Source of the DNA: an uncultured virus (IMG/VR IMGVR_UViG_2706795104_000001)
Taxonomy: Duplodnaviria > Heunggongvirae > Uroviricota > Caudoviricetes > Herelleviridae
DNA length: 64,000 bases
Direction: 5' to 3' (one strand)
Virus record (IMG/VR): IMGVR_UViG_2706795104_000001
Coordinates: 88,779-152,778 of that record
The notes under the pieces are model-generated. The model made no database searches and was not told the DNA's origin. It worked only from the letters and a program-made list of their open reading frames with translations. Position numbers and translations under genes: made by a program. This document shows, piece by piece, positions 9,678-19,991 of the stretch (the first letter of the stretch is position 1; every line of letters starts with the position of its first letter).

Positions 9678-12600
9678 TTGAAAGCATTATTTCTACAAGA
9701 ATTTGTAAGAGAGAGTCATATGCAACGACAGAATGACGGATCGTTTAAGAACATCTTCTTCCAAACCAACGGAGGAAAGTTATTAAAGAAACTGATCCAC
9801 GAAGGGCTAGAGTTAACGAAGAACGACTACTACATAGATTACGCATTCTTCAAAGTACCTGATGTTATTACTCGTGATAATCGAGATAGAGCCATTAAGT
9901 ACAAGCCACCAACTGCAAAAGAATCGAAACCTGAATACGAGAAACTGTACCAACGTATCGTACAGGACAAGCCTGACATCATTATCCCTTCGGGTAAACT
10001 CGGATGTAAGGCTTTACTTAATATAGCTGAGATTTCTAAGCTACGTGGAGTGCCACAGCAAGTTACAATCACTGCTAATGTGGACATGTTCGATGAGAGT
10101 GCAGTTGTGGAAGGTGTAGATAACTCAGGTTGGGTTACAGAAACATACACACATACATGTTGGGTTATGCCAATCTACTCTATGGAGTATATGCTCGTTA
10201 ATCCAAAGATTCAGAACTTAGTAGAAGCAGACTTCGGTACACTGAAGAAGTATGTGGAGCAAGGTGACAACGCATTTATTGCAAAAGATGTAAAGTATGA
10301 AGACGTTACGACTATTGAACGTGTTCGAGAAATATTCACAAAGATAGTAAAAGAATCACCCGTTGTAGCATGGGATTTAGAGACCAACACGTTACAGGCT
10401 GAGAAACAAGGTTCTAAGCCACTAGTAATCTCACTTTCTTGGAAAGAGGGAACAGGTGTAACCATTCCACTAGAGCATAAGGACTGGACATGGCTCCCTG
10501 GACACTTAGCCGAGATTTACAACTACATAAAAGAGTTTGTTGCCGATCCGAAAATTATTAAAGTCGGACACAACATCAAGTTCGATATCAGGTTCCTACG
10601 TCTGTCCAAAGGATTTACAGAGTTCAATAACCACCGTGATACAAAAACAATGTATTACTTACTTGTAAACCAAGACGTAAAAGGTACCTTACGATTATCT
10701 GATTTAACGTTCGAATTTACCGATATGGGTGGATATGATAGAGCGTTAGAAGACTTCAAGAAGGATTACAAGGAGAACTACAAGAAACAAGAGAAAGAAC
10801 GTATCGCAGCTTTAAAAGCAGAATGGAAAGAGAAATGTGCAAAAGAAAGAGCAGACGTACAACAACAAGTTAAGAGTGCAAAAGGTGAAATACGCACACT
10901 CAAGAAGCAATCTCCTACACCTGAAATTCTCACTAGAATAGAGAGACTGCAAGAGGTCGCACAACGTAAATATGTGAAACCTCCGATGCCCGATTTTGGG
11001 ACCGCAGGAGCACCAGTCAATCCTGTAGACGGATCGGACTTCTGCTATGAATGGATTCCATTATTCGAAATGCTTTCTCCGTACGCTAGTGGTGACGTAG
11101 ACGTGTGTTTACGCATTTACAACCAACTAGACCAAAGATGTAAGCAGAAAGGCTTAGAGCACATTAGAGAGCTTTATACGAATCATTATCCACAACTATC
11201 TGCAACACTTGCTAAAATTGAAGCAACAGGTATCAAACTAAACATCCCATATGTAAAAGCACTAGCCGAAGCATACCAAAAAGAAGAGGATCGTTTAGTA
11301 AGTATTATTCGTAAGTTCCCTGAAGTAAAGCAAATGGAGGACGAACATCGCCAGCTTTACCAAATGGGGTTAAACGAACTTATGAAGCCTGTAGCTGAAA
11401 GGGACAAGAAGATAGCGGCCTTACGTGACAAGTACAAGGACAAGCTAGAGTTTAATGCGAACTCACCTGATGATAAGAAGGAAGTCATGTACAAGATTAC
11501 AGGTATTCGACTACCGTTCGATAAAGAGCGACTAGTTGACTCTGTATTCGAGAAGGGACTAAAAGAGGAAGAGATTGAATGGTTCCACTATAAAACGAAT
11601 ACAGCAAACATGGAGTATATCGCTAAGGAGTATCCTGAGTACAAAGAGTTAATGGAGCATTTAATCCATCACTCACTTGTTAAAACACGGAAACAAAGTT
11701 TCACGTACAAGTTCCTAGGTATGGTAGACGCAGACGACATTCTACACGGTACGTTCAACCCTGAGGGTACAGAGACATCTCGTCTATCTTCAAAAGACCC
11801 GAACTGTCAGAACTTCCCTCGTAAGACGGAAGATGTAACTCGTTTCGACTACCAACATCCTATTAAACGAATGTTCATAAGTAGATTCCCTAACGGAGCA
11901 CTACTGCAACTCGATTACTCTTCTCTAGAATCTCGTATCATGGCATTAATTGCATACGATGAAGAGATGATTGATGCATTCTTAACAGGTAAAGATGTAC
12001 ATACGCACACTGCTTCACTAGTATTCAAGAAACCTGAAGAAGAAGTAACAGGTGACGAACGTACAAACGCTAAACGAGTAACATTCGGACTTGCGTACGG
12101 GGAAGCACCATTCTCATTCGCACCTAAGTACAACATGACAGTAAAAGAAGCAGAGAAACTGTTCGATGACTACTTCAAGAACAAACCGAAGATTAAAACG
12201 TACATTGATGAAACGAAAGAGAAAGCTAGACAGACAGGATTCATCTCTTGTATGCAAGGTTTCACTCGTAACTTACGAGACGTGTATTCACAAGATAAAC
12301 AAAAACGTAATGGTGCATTACGTCAGTCTGTAAACACACAAGTACAGGGATCAGGTGCATACTTAACGAATAACTCTTTAATCTACATCAACAACATTAT
12401 CGAGAAACAGGGATTACGTTCTCGTATTGTTCTAACTGTACACGATAGTATTGTAATAGATTGCCCACCTGAAGAAATTCATATGATGGCTCACATCGGT
12501 AAAACGGTAATGGAAAACTTACCGATCCCTTGGTTATTCATTGAGTGGAAAGGTGAAACAATCCGATTCCCTATTACTGCCGATGTAGAGATTGGTACAA

Positions 12601-12794
12601 CTTACAATGATATGGTTAACTACGATAAGGAGGAACTGAACACATTCCAAAAAGTAGAGAACTACTGTAAGTACCATATGGACTTAAAGAGCGTAAAGCA
12701 TTACAAGGAGTCAGGTGTCATTACAGACGAGAAAGCAAAAGAGTTAAAAGCCATGATTGAATCTAAGAAACACGAGTATCAAATGGCTATATAA
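9678..12794 (+). CDS. polA: DNA polymerase family A with N-terminal UDG-like region and 3'-5' exonuclease
   Basis: WDLET, GHNIKFD, YASGD exonuclease motifs; TSRLSS..PN.QN, DYSSLESR, R..AK...FG..YG, NTQVQG, VHDS. Confidence 0.95.
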   Translation: MKALFLQEFVRESHMQRQNDGSFKNIFFQTNGGKLLKKLIHEGLELTKNDYYIDYAFFKVPDVITRDNRDRAIKYKPPTAKESKPEYEKLYQRIVQDKPDIIIPSGKLGCKALLNIAEISKLRGVPQQVTITANVDMFDESAVVEGVDNSGWVTETYTHTCWVMPIYSMEYMLVNPKIQNLVEADFGTLKKYVEQGDNAFIAKDVKYEDVTTIERVREIFTKIVKESPVVAWDLETNTLQAEKQGSKPLVISLSWKEGTGVTIPLEHKDWTWLPGHLAEIYNYIKEFVADPKIIKVGHNIKFDIRFLRLSKGFTEFNNHRDTKTMYYLLVNQDVKGTLRLSDLTFEFTDMGGYDRALEDFKKDYKENYKKQEKERIAALKAEWKEKCAKERADVQQQVKSAKGEIRTLKKQSPTPEILTRIERLQEVAQRKYVKPPMPDFGTAGAPVNPVDGSDFCYEWIPLFEMLSPYASGDVDVCLRIYNQLDQRCKQKGLEHIRELYTNHYPQLSATLAKIEATGIKLNIPYVKALAEAYQKEEDRLVSIIRKFPEVKQMEDEHRQLYQMGLNELMKPVAERDKKIAALRDKYKDKLEFNANSPDDKKEVMYKITGIRLPFDKERLVDSVFEKGLKEEEIEWFHYKTNTANMEYIAKEYPEYKELMEHLIHHSLVKTRKQSFTYKFLGMVDADDILHGTFNPEGTETSRLSSKDPNCQNFPRKTEDVTRFDYQHPIKRMFISRFPNGALLQLDYSSLESRIMALIAYDEEMIDAFLTGKDVHTHTASLVFKKPEEEVTGDERTNAKRVTFGLAYGEAPFSFAPKYNMTVKEAEKLFDDYFKNKPKIKTYIDETKEKARQTGFISCMQGFTRNLRDVYSQDKQKRNGALRQSVNTQVQGSGAYLTNNSLIYINNIIEKQGLRSRIVLTVHDSIVIDCPPEEIHMMAHIGKTVMENLPIPWLFIEWKGETIRFPITADVEIGTTYNDMVNYDKEELNTFQKVENYCKYHMDLKSVKHYKESGVITDEKAKELKAMIESKKHEYQMAI

Positions 12795-12810
12795 TTTCTG
12801 TAACTTTTCG

Positions 12811-12839
12811 TTGACACACAGAATAGGATAGTGTAATAT
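12811..12839 (+). promoter_or_regulatory. sigmaA-type promoter
   Basis: TTGACA-N17-TAATAT. Confidence 0.7.
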
Positions 12840-12898
12840 ACTAAGAGAAGAGACAAGCAGTTTCTTCTCTTTAGTTTAAAGGATAGAGGTGAGAGTAT

Positions 12899-13438
12899 GT
12901 GCTAGATATTAAAGTGGACAGCATAGATTTTCAGGAGCTTAGAATCATTGATGAAAACGGAGAGTACGTGATGTACGACATGAGAGAAGAGTTAAAGGTG
13001 AATGAAGCCAACCTTCTTCAAGAAATGTTACATCAACCTTCGAAGTACATCTATTGGTCTTCTATTCTTGAAAAAATAAAATTCTTCCAAGAGAAGACAG
13101 AAATGCAGTTAGAGCTTGTTGTTGCAAAGTTTGATTCTGAAGCAAGAGAGGAAATCAAGAAGAACGGGGACAAGCCTACAAAGGACAGCGTAGATGCTTA
13201 CATAAAACAAAAAGAAGAATACGTAAGTGCAAGAGAGCAATGTCACTACTACGAATACATTGCAGGAAGACTTGCACGGATCGTAAAAGCATTCGAACAA
13301 CGTAAAGATATGTTACAGTCTTATGGTAAGCAAATTGCTGAAGACAAAACATATGGAGCAGGAGCAGGTTCTCGTATAGAGCAGACACCATTCCCTGCAC
13401 CAACACAACAAACGCAATATTGGGGAGGTCATCAATAA
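12899..13438 (+). CDS. Helical protein, possible UvsY-like recombination mediator
   Basis: Coiled coil with KPTKDSVDAYI and KAFEQR..ML; lies between pol and SSB/RecA. Confidence 0.55.
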   Translation: MLDIKVDSIDFQELRIIDENGEYVMYDMREELKVNEANLLQEMLHQPSKYIYWSSILEKIKFFQEKTEMQLELVVAKFDSEAREEIKKNGDKPTKDSVDAYIKQKEEYVSAREQCHYYEYIAGRLARIVKAFEQRKDMLQSYGKQIAEDKTYGAGAGSRIEQTPFPAPTQQTQYWGGHQ

Positions 13439-13773
13439 TGTTAGAAGGAGTTAAAAAAGCTTTCTTCGGTACAGAAGGTGTTGTAGAACCTGGTTACGTA
13501 GAAGTTAATCCGATTGACGATGCAGTAGCTGCTAAACTAGGTTTTAAAGTAGCAGAAGGTCAATACAAGGACGTACAGATTAACTTGGAAACAGGAGAAG
13601 TATTTTTACTTGAAGAAGTAATCGTAGATACACCACCTGAGTTCTCCAAGGATCGTTTCTTAGTAAACATGATGGCAGACTTCGCTAACGCAAATAACGT
13701 AGTCCTTCCGAAGTGGACTGCCGAGCCGTTAAAAATTGCAAAAGCTATTGCAGATTGGGAACCACAAAATTAA
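13438..13773 (+). CDS. Hypothetical protein
   Basis: GGGAGG RBS, TAATG coupling. Confidence 0.7.
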   Translation: MLEGVKKAFFGTEGVVEPGYVEVNPIDDAVAAKLGFKVAEGQYKDVQINLETGEVFLLEEVIVDTPPEFSKDRFLVNMMADFANANNVVLPKWTAEPLKIAKAIADWEPQN

Positions 13774-13878
13774 AAAAAATAGTCTCTAACTCATAAAAAG
13801 TTATAGACATATGATATAATATATGTTAGACTGTTTATAGAGTTAAATATTAAGAGAAAACTAGGAGGAATTAATAGT

Positions 13879-15171
13879 ATGTCATTTGCTGATATCATTA
13901 ACAACGAACAAAAGGTTTTAGAGCAAAATAGTGGTAACGACCGAGTGGAGTACCCGCAAACGAAACAGAAGCGTCTATTCTTCGAGAAAGACCAACGTGA
14001 GTTAATCATCCAAGTATTACCGACTGCTGATTTATTCGGGCAGTTCTTCGTTCCGATCCGTAAAATCTTCTTATCTGCTAAAAGCTCTAGCGGTAAAGAC
14101 GTTAACTCTAACTTCACGTTAGACGCAGACGCTAACCCAGGTTCTTTACTAGAACAGAAGATTACAGAGTGGGCAGGATTAGGAATGATTCCTAACGGTT
14201 ATGGTGGACAAGCATCACCAAGACGTACATATTTAGTTAACGTTGTTCGTATCGTACAAGACCCAACTTCTAAACAGTGGGTACAAGAGCGTGACGCAAA
14301 CGGACAATTAGTAACACGAGTGTTTGAAATGCCACAATCTGCATTCTCTAACTACATCGAGAAGTTAAAGAATCCGTTGTTAAATACTTCAGGATCAGAC
14401 TTATCGTTCATGGATATTAACCGTCCAAACCCAATTCAAATCACGAAGCCTGAGAAGAACAGTAACTCTAAAGAGTACAAAGTGGATGTATATAGTAGCA
14501 TCGTTTTACCTCCATTAGGTCAAGGTTGGGAACAAACATTAGAAGACCTACAGTTACAAGCTACGCCAACGGAACGCTTAGTAAACGGTGATAAATGGGT
14601 ACAAGCTTTCATTGATATGAAGGAAGGTCGTAAGCCGAACCAAGGTAGTGCAGGAGCACAGCCAACGGCACCACAACCTACATCTAATCCATTTGGAACC
14701 TTTCCTGGACAAACAGTAGGGGCACCACAACAACCAATGGGACAACCTGTAGGACAAACGGCTCCAATGCCTACGTATCAACCACAAGGGCAGCCAGTAC
14801 CGATGCCAACGTATCAACCACAAGGGCAACCTGCACCAATGCCAGCATACACAGCACCTGCACCACAACCTGTAGCACCTGCACAACCAAACATTGTGAT
14901 GCCTACAGGCATGGAACAAGGCGCAGGGGCAGTAGAACCTGATCCATTCGATATCGGTGTACAAACTGACTTATCTCAGAACGGTGGAGTTGCACCACAA
15001 CCTACTCAACAAGTAGCGCCAACGGCTCCAACAACACCTGCACCAACATATACAGCACCTGCAACACCTGCACCAACTGGTGAGCCAACAATTCCTGCTC
15101 CTAGTCATGCAACAGGTGGATTACCTAACATCGAAGACCTGTTGTTAAAAACTGAGTTAAACGCTCAGTAA
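13879..15171 (+). CDS. Putative ssDNA-binding protein with Pro/Gln-rich tail
   Basis: Position before recA typical of SPO1-like phages; low-complexity C-terminus. Confidence 0.6.
   Translation: MSFADIINNEQKVLEQNSGNDRVEYPQTKQKRLFFEKDQRELIIQVLPTADLFGQFFVPIRKIFLSAKSSSGKDVNSNFTLDADANPGSLLEQKITEWAGLGMIPNGYGGQASPRRTYLVNVVRIVQDPTSKQWVQERDANGQLVTRVFEMPQSAFSNYIEKLKNPLLNTSGSDLSFMDINRPNPIQITKPEKNSNSKEYKVDVYSSIVLPPLGQGWEQTLEDLQLQATPTERLVNGDKWVQAFIDMKEGRKPNQGSAGAQPTAPQPTSNPFGTFPGQTVGAPQQPMGQPVGQTAPMPTYQPQGQPVPMPTYQPQGQPAPMPAYTAPAPQPVAPAQPNIVMPTGMEQGAGAVEPDPFDIGVQTDLSQNGGVAPQPTQQVAPTAPTTPAPTYTAPATPAPTGEPTIPAPSHATGGLPNIEDLLLKTELNAQ
14765..14843 (+). repeat. 36-bp coding tandem repeat (PMPTYQPQGQPV/A, about 2 copies)
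   Basis: ACGTATCAACCACAAGGGCA repeated at 36-nt spacing. Confidence 0.8.
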
Positions 15172-15262
15172 TAAAAGAATAGTAGTATCAAAGTTACCTA
15201 GCCATTCTGTGGCTAGGTTGACTTAGGTTATATAATCATTATTGACTAGGGGGCAACAATAA

Positions 15263-15643
15263 ATGGAAGAAGTTAAAATGACAAAAGAAATGGTAAAAGT
15301 TGAACATGATTTATTAACAGAACGAGTTACAAAGGTATACCGTGAAAAGGAATCAAGTTTCCACGCACCACACTTATTCACTGTAACATCTGCTGAAGAC
15401 GACAAAACATTAGCAGTTATCCACTTCCAAGAGGGCGCATTAAACGTTGCAGGAGTCAACGGAGTAATGAATGAAGACTTACTAGTTATGATCCTAACTC
15501 GACTACAAGGTTTCCAAAACAGTGAGTTTGCTTGCAAAGAGAATGCAATGGCAATCACCAAGATTGAAGAAGCGTTACTATGGTTACGTAAACGTACAAT
15601 GGGACGAGAAAAACGTGGTGTACTAGGAACACATACGAAGTAG
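15263..15643 (+). CDS. tad1: Tad1-family anti-Thoeris signal-sponge protein
   Basis: APH.F, FQEG....GVNGVMNEDL, RL..FQ.S.FAC.ENA.AITK.EEALLWL.KRT..RE.RGV.GTH match my recollection of Tad1. Confidence 0.85.
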   Translation: MEEVKMTKEMVKVEHDLLTERVTKVYREKESSFHAPHLFTVTSAEDDKTLAVIHFQEGALNVAGVNGVMNEDLLVMILTRLQGFQNSEFACKENAMAITKIEEALLWLRKRTMGREKRGVLGTHTK

Positions 15644-15705
15644 TTACAGTCTTCAATACATAATGATTATAGAACTACATATACATATTAGGAGGAAATA
15701 TACAT

Positions 15706-16929
15706 ATGGCAAAAGCAAAATCAAAAGGTAAACAAGCAACTACAGGCATTGATTTAGATTTATCGGCTTTAAATCTAAGTGGCGGTCTAGTGTTGCTACG
15801 AGATTCCGATTATGCGAAGGTCTTCGATAGACTTCCTTTATTCTTACCGAAAATTGATAAAATCTTTGGTGGCGGCCTACCATTCGGACGAATGATTGAG
15901 GTTGCAGGGGTACCGTCAGGTGGTAAGTCAACATTCACTCACCACGTAATGCGTGTAGCAACTGCTCTAGGTTGCATTTGCGTACTGATTGACGTAGAGG
16001 GTACATCGGATAACGAACGTCTAACTGCTTTAGGGATCGACACAAGTAAAGTATTAGTGAAGCAGCCCGATCCTGATAAAGGTACTGCACTAACAGTTGA
16101 AGAAGTTGGACAAACAGTAGAAGAGACGTTAAAACTATTCGGAGAGAAATATCCTCATGTACCTGTAGTGTATGTATGGGACTCTGTAGGTTCTACACCT
16201 TCCCAAGTAGAGTTAGAGAAAGACTTTGGTGAGCAGAACGTAGGAGCTAGAGCTAAAGCTATTACACAGTTCGTAACAAAGGTTACACCAATGGTATCTC
16301 AATCTAAATCTTTATTCATTGGTATCAACCAAGTGAGGGACGATATTGGTGGGAATCCAATGTTCAAAACATACAAAGTACCAGGTGGTAAAGCATGGGA
16401 GCACGCTGCTACACTTCGTATCGAGATTAAGAACCGAGGGGCTATCAACAAGGGTTCAGGCGTTAATAAAGAACGTTTAGGTCATACAATGGGTGTTAAA
16501 ACTCAGAAGTCAAAAGTATCTCGTCCGTTCCAAGAAGCTACAGGATCGTTATTAGCAGATACAGGTATCGACTACGAATACAACTTAGTTACAATGGGAG
16601 ACGAAGCAGGAATAATCGGTAAACCAAGTAACCAAAGTTATGAGTACGTAGACCAATTCGGAACTGTATACAAACAAAACCGAGCAAGCTTCATTGAATG
16701 GTTACGAACTCCTGAAGCACAACCAGTACGACAAGAGATTCTAAACAAGTTGATTCAGATTGAGTTCCCTGATGGGTACACGGCACTGAAGAACGAAACA
16801 TTAGATATCTCAGGTTGGATTGACCAAGTAGTTCCAGTGATATCTCCTGAATTTTCGCAATCTTCCGATAATTCAGATAATATCGAGGACTTACTATCGA
16901 AAGAAGCAGAAGACATTCTAAAAGGTTAG
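15706..16929 (+). CDS. recA: RecA/UvsX-like recombinase
   Basis: GGGLPFGRMIE, Walker A GVPSGGKST, WDSV, INQVR, PGGKA. Confidence 0.93.
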   Translation: MAKAKSKGKQATTGIDLDLSALNLSGGLVLLRDSDYAKVFDRLPLFLPKIDKIFGGGLPFGRMIEVAGVPSGGKSTFTHHVMRVATALGCICVLIDVEGTSDNERLTALGIDTSKVLVKQPDPDKGTALTVEEVGQTVEETLKLFGEKYPHVPVVYVWDSVGSTPSQVELEKDFGEQNVGARAKAITQFVTKVTPMVSQSKSLFIGINQVRDDIGGNPMFKTYKVPGGKAWEHAATLRIEIKNRGAINKGSGVNKERLGHTMGVKTQKSKVSRPFQEATGSLLADTGIDYEYNLVTMGDEAGIIGKPSNQSYEYVDQFGTVYKQNRASFIEWLRTPEAQPVRQEILNKLIQIEFPDGYTALKNETLDISGWIDQVVPVISPEFSQSSDNSDNIEDLLSKEAEDILKG

Positions 16930-16973
16930 GGGGTTTAATCCCTCTAACCATATTATTATAAGGAGGGTTCATC

Positions 16974-17324
16974 TTGTATAAGGACACATATGGAGATGTT
17001 GTAGCAAACACACTACAATGCTACAGGGAGAGAACACAAAGTAACGATACTGTATCACCGACACCGTACAAGGACATCAAGGCTATGTTAATCAAGACAA
17101 TGGAAGAAGGTAAGCGTGTATTACTGGACATTAAAGACTCTTACAATACACAAACTGTAGTTGTACTATTTGAAAAAGTGTACGACCGCTGGGCAATGGG
17201 GACCGCAGTTTGTTATTATGAAGGGGAAGAAGTGAAAGTACCGTACACAATCCATTACTCTGATATCCTTTGCAAGCACATTAACATTAAGGTGATTGTG
17301 GAGGGAGAGAATCCTTTTGCCTAG
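16974..17324 (+). CDS. Hypothetical protein
   Basis: AGGAGG RBS, TTG start. Confidence 0.7.
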   Translation: MYKDTYGDVVANTLQCYRERTQSNDTVSPTPYKDIKAMLIKTMEEGKRVLLDIKDSYNTQTVVVLFEKVYDRWAMGTAVCYYEGEEVKVPYTIHYSDILCKHINIKVIVEGENPFA

Positions 17325-17955
17325 AAACGTAGAGAAAGAGCAAGAGCAAATTTGGAACGGTAATCGGTTTATGGTTAGTACAGAAGAAACGACAGGGGTA
17401 TTTATACGAGACGTAGATAAATTGTTCCATCAATACAGAAACTTACGCATGAGCATCTATAACCAATACAAGGGTTACTTATCTTCCGATCCTGTTACAC
17501 AAGATGAACTACGAAGCTATATTGATGAACAATTTATACGCCTTGTTAAGGAGTACGATATAGGCTCAGATGTTGACTTCCCTGGGTACATTAAGATTAA
17601 GTTACACTCACGAGTGAAGAACTCATTCATCAAGTCAGTATTCCGAGACAAGCAACGTGTATTCGTCACAAGAAACTCATTTGACGTGTCTAACCTCATC
17701 GAGCAGAACCCTTGTAACGATGAGGAGCTAGACTACTATGCGACACTTGAATACGCTATTGGGGGCTTTAAGCTCACTCAAATGGAGAAAGAAGTATTGT
17801 TCTACTTACTACAAGAACTAACAGACCCTCAGATTGAGAGAGCAATAAAAGATGACCACCCGAGAGAGCGTATCAGTTCCGCTACGATCCGAGAAACCAT
17901 TAAGGATATGAGTGAACTTCTAAGAACAAAGTTACTTGAATCGTTAGAAAACTAA
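17317..17955 (+). CDS. Phage RNA polymerase sigma factor
   Basis: Region-2-like DELRSYIDEQFIRLVKEYD...DFPGYI; position after recA; TTG start after GGAG. Confidence 0.7.
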   Translation: MPRNVEKEQEQIWNGNRFMVSTEETTGVFIRDVDKLFHQYRNLRMSIYNQYKGYLSSDPVTQDELRSYIDEQFIRLVKEYDIGSDVDFPGYIKIKLHSRVKNSFIKSVFRDKQRVFVTRNSFDVSNLIEQNPCNDEELDYYATLEYAIGGFKLTQMEKEVLFYLLQELTDPQIERAIKDDHPRERISSATIRETIKDMSELLRTKLLESLEN

Positions 17956-18005
17956 GTGTTTTTGTATATTAATAGGAGAAACTATTAAGTGAAAGGATGA
18001 TTTTA

Positions 18006-18358
18006 ATGGCTGACATTAAAATGGATAAAGACGGCATCACAGTACAAGGTGAAGAAGTACAAGAAGTTCATCAATCCGGTATTTCGTGCCTGTAGAAGTG
18101 CCACCAGTGGAGCCAATGATGATTGTTCGTTTACTTGTGTTCGTACTTGCATTAGTAAACGCAATTGGTGCAATGTTCGGTTACGACTTGAATCTATCAG
18201 TGGATCAGCAAAATGTGTATGACATTGTGTCTGCATTGTTCTTACTGGGGTCAGGATTCCACGTAGCATGGAAGAACAACAACATCTCGAAGACCTCTCG
18301 TGTGAAAGCGCATGTCGGAGAGCAAGTAACAATTGATACGAAAGGGGAACAGAAATAA
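18006..18358 (+). CDS. SPP1-type holin (apparent frameshift near 18075-18085)
   Basis: IVRLLVFVLALVN..YDIVS..WKNN pattern; the RBS-linked ATG at 18006 is out of frame with the body. Confidence 0.7.
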
Positions 18359-18834
18359 TGGCTAAATTAGCAGATGTACTAAAGCAAGCAACAGTAACTT
18401 TAAAAGTAGGTGACTACTTAGCAGCGTTCACTCGTCCTGAAGGTTATGTTCCTTCTATTAAAGGAACAACTTCACTTCACACAGGAAAATACCTATTCAA
18501 AATCGTAGGTGTTGGAACGGCAGAACAAGACGGGTCGTACAAGAAAATGAACATCGTTCCTGTAGTACATACAGCAGACAACAAAGGATACGAAGACAAG
18601 TTAAAAAGTCCAATCGTAATCGTGGAACCGTTAAAAGTGACACACGCAACTGGCCGCAATGACAATGAGTACAAGGATGTTTACCACGGTAACTCATTCC
18701 ACACTCACACTGTGAAAGCAGGAGAAGAAGGACGTTCAGCGTTACTTGCATTCCTTGAGTTCACGAAAACTGAATATTCATTAACTGTGAATGACTTCAT
18801 GGTTGGTGGAGAAGAACTAATCGCAGGTAAGTAA
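18358..18834 (+). CDS. Hypothetical protein
   Basis: AAGGGG RBS, TAATG coupling. Confidence 0.75.
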   Translation: MAKLADVLKQATVTLKVGDYLAAFTRPEGYVPSIKGTTSLHTGKYLFKIVGVGTAEQDGSYKKMNIVPVVHTADNKGYEDKLKSPIVIVEPLKVTHATGRNDNEYKDVYHGNSFHTHTVKAGEEGRSALLAFLEFTKTEYSLTVNDFMVGGEELIAGK

Positions 18835-18835
18835 G

Positions 18836-18863
18836 GAGAGCAGAGAATGCTCTCTTTTTTTTT
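18836..18863 (+). terminator. Rho-independent terminator
   Basis: GAGAGCA/TGCTCTC plus T-run. Confidence 0.8.
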
Positions 18864-18897
18864 ATGTAGAAAAATACTAAATTATGCTAGTTTTTTG

Positions 18898-18926
18898 TTG
18901 ACTACTATGAAACATAATGCTAGAAT
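18898..18926 (+). promoter_or_regulatory. sigmaA-type promoter
   Basis: TTGACT-N17-TAGAAT with TG extension. Confidence 0.75.
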
Positions 18927-18980
18927 GATAGTACAGTTGTTATACACTGTACATTTTTATAAGATACAAGGAGGGATTGC

Positions 18981-19940
18981 ATGTTCAAAGACCAAGATGA
19001 AGACGAACCCTTACGGTTGAGATTGTTCGTGCCACCGACATTCGAAGGTGTAACTAGTGTAGCAGTTATAGAGGAGATTTTACAATGGAATATAGCCCTC
19101 GAAACTGTATTCACAAACACACTGGATTTCAGGGAACATGAAAAATTTAAAGACGCAGACATGATACTTGTGTTAGGATTAGCGTACCGAGGGTACACGC
19201 TGCCGACCGAGTTCTTCATTAACGCAGACGTGCCGTTTGTGGATTTCGTTCATATCAGTACATACGGAAATGCAATTGAAGGTAAACATATCATATCGTT
19301 CGTAGACGAACACACCGATCCAATTAAAGTGTTGTACAACATACTGACAAATATGTCAAGTTCCTTAAATTTATCAAAGTACGTTAAACTTACCGATAAA
19401 GCGATGTATATGGTAGAAGCAGTGAATGCGTACCGTACATGGACATGGGAAGGTAATAACACCACACGTATGTTACTAGCGCTATACCACGCTAGTTATA
19501 AGCGTCTTCCTAAGCTCCTACACAGGCTCCCCTTACAAGAGGTAGTAAAAGCCCACGCACCTGTTATTAAAGGTCAGTTAGAGAAGCTAGAGGACTATAT
19601 AGAGAGAAAGAGCCAAATGGTTCAATCACGTCAAGTGGTAATTGACGGACAAGAGTGCATACTGAAACTGGTATACGCTGAAGAATACATAAATGAGTTA
19701 GCGAACGATATCCTTCACCAAGAAGACACAACGGTACCTGTTATCGTATGTGTAGGGAGAACCACAAAATCAAATGACATATTTTCTGTACGAACAAAAG
19801 GGATACATGCAGGACGTGTGGCAGAAGTGATTAATGGTGGTGGAGGTAAGGAGAACGTAGCTACATTCTTCGCCCCAGTCGGGTGTGCAACACTTATGGC
19901 TAATGCGACCGTAACCAATATTCATAATGGTTCGTTGTAG
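18981..19940 (+). CDS. Degenerate DHH/DHHA1-like protein
   Basis: C-terminal FSVRT...VAE..NGGGGKENVA resembles DHHA1; catalytic DHH not seen. Confidence 0.5.
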   Translation: MFKDQDEDEPLRLRLFVPPTFEGVTSVAVIEEILQWNIALETVFTNTLDFREHEKFKDADMILVLGLAYRGYTLPTEFFINADVPFVDFVHISTYGNAIEGKHIISFVDEHTDPIKVLYNILTNMSSSLNLSKYVKLTDKAMYMVEAVNAYRTWTWEGNNTTRMLLALYHASYKRLPKLLHRLPLQEVVKAHAPVIKGQLEKLEDYIERKSQMVQSRQVVIDGQECILKLVYAEEYINELANDILHQEDTTVPVIVCVGRTTKSNDIFSVRTKGIHAGRVAEVINGGGGKENVATFFAPVGCATLMANATVTNIHNGSL

Positions 19941-19991
19941 ATATCATCACTTAATAGTGTGATATAATAAAATTCGGAGGGGATTTTTTAC

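Noticed and set aside
9-12794. Introns or inteins in nrdA, nrdB or the DNA polymerase (common in SPO1-like phages)
   Set aside because: All three are continuous ORFs of normal length with no intein ends; the K/E-rich insert in the polymerase looks like a simple helical insertion.
15218-15236. TTGACT and TATAAT upstream of tad1 as a sigmaA -35/-10 pair
   Set aside because: The spacing is only 7 bp, so they cannot form one promoter.
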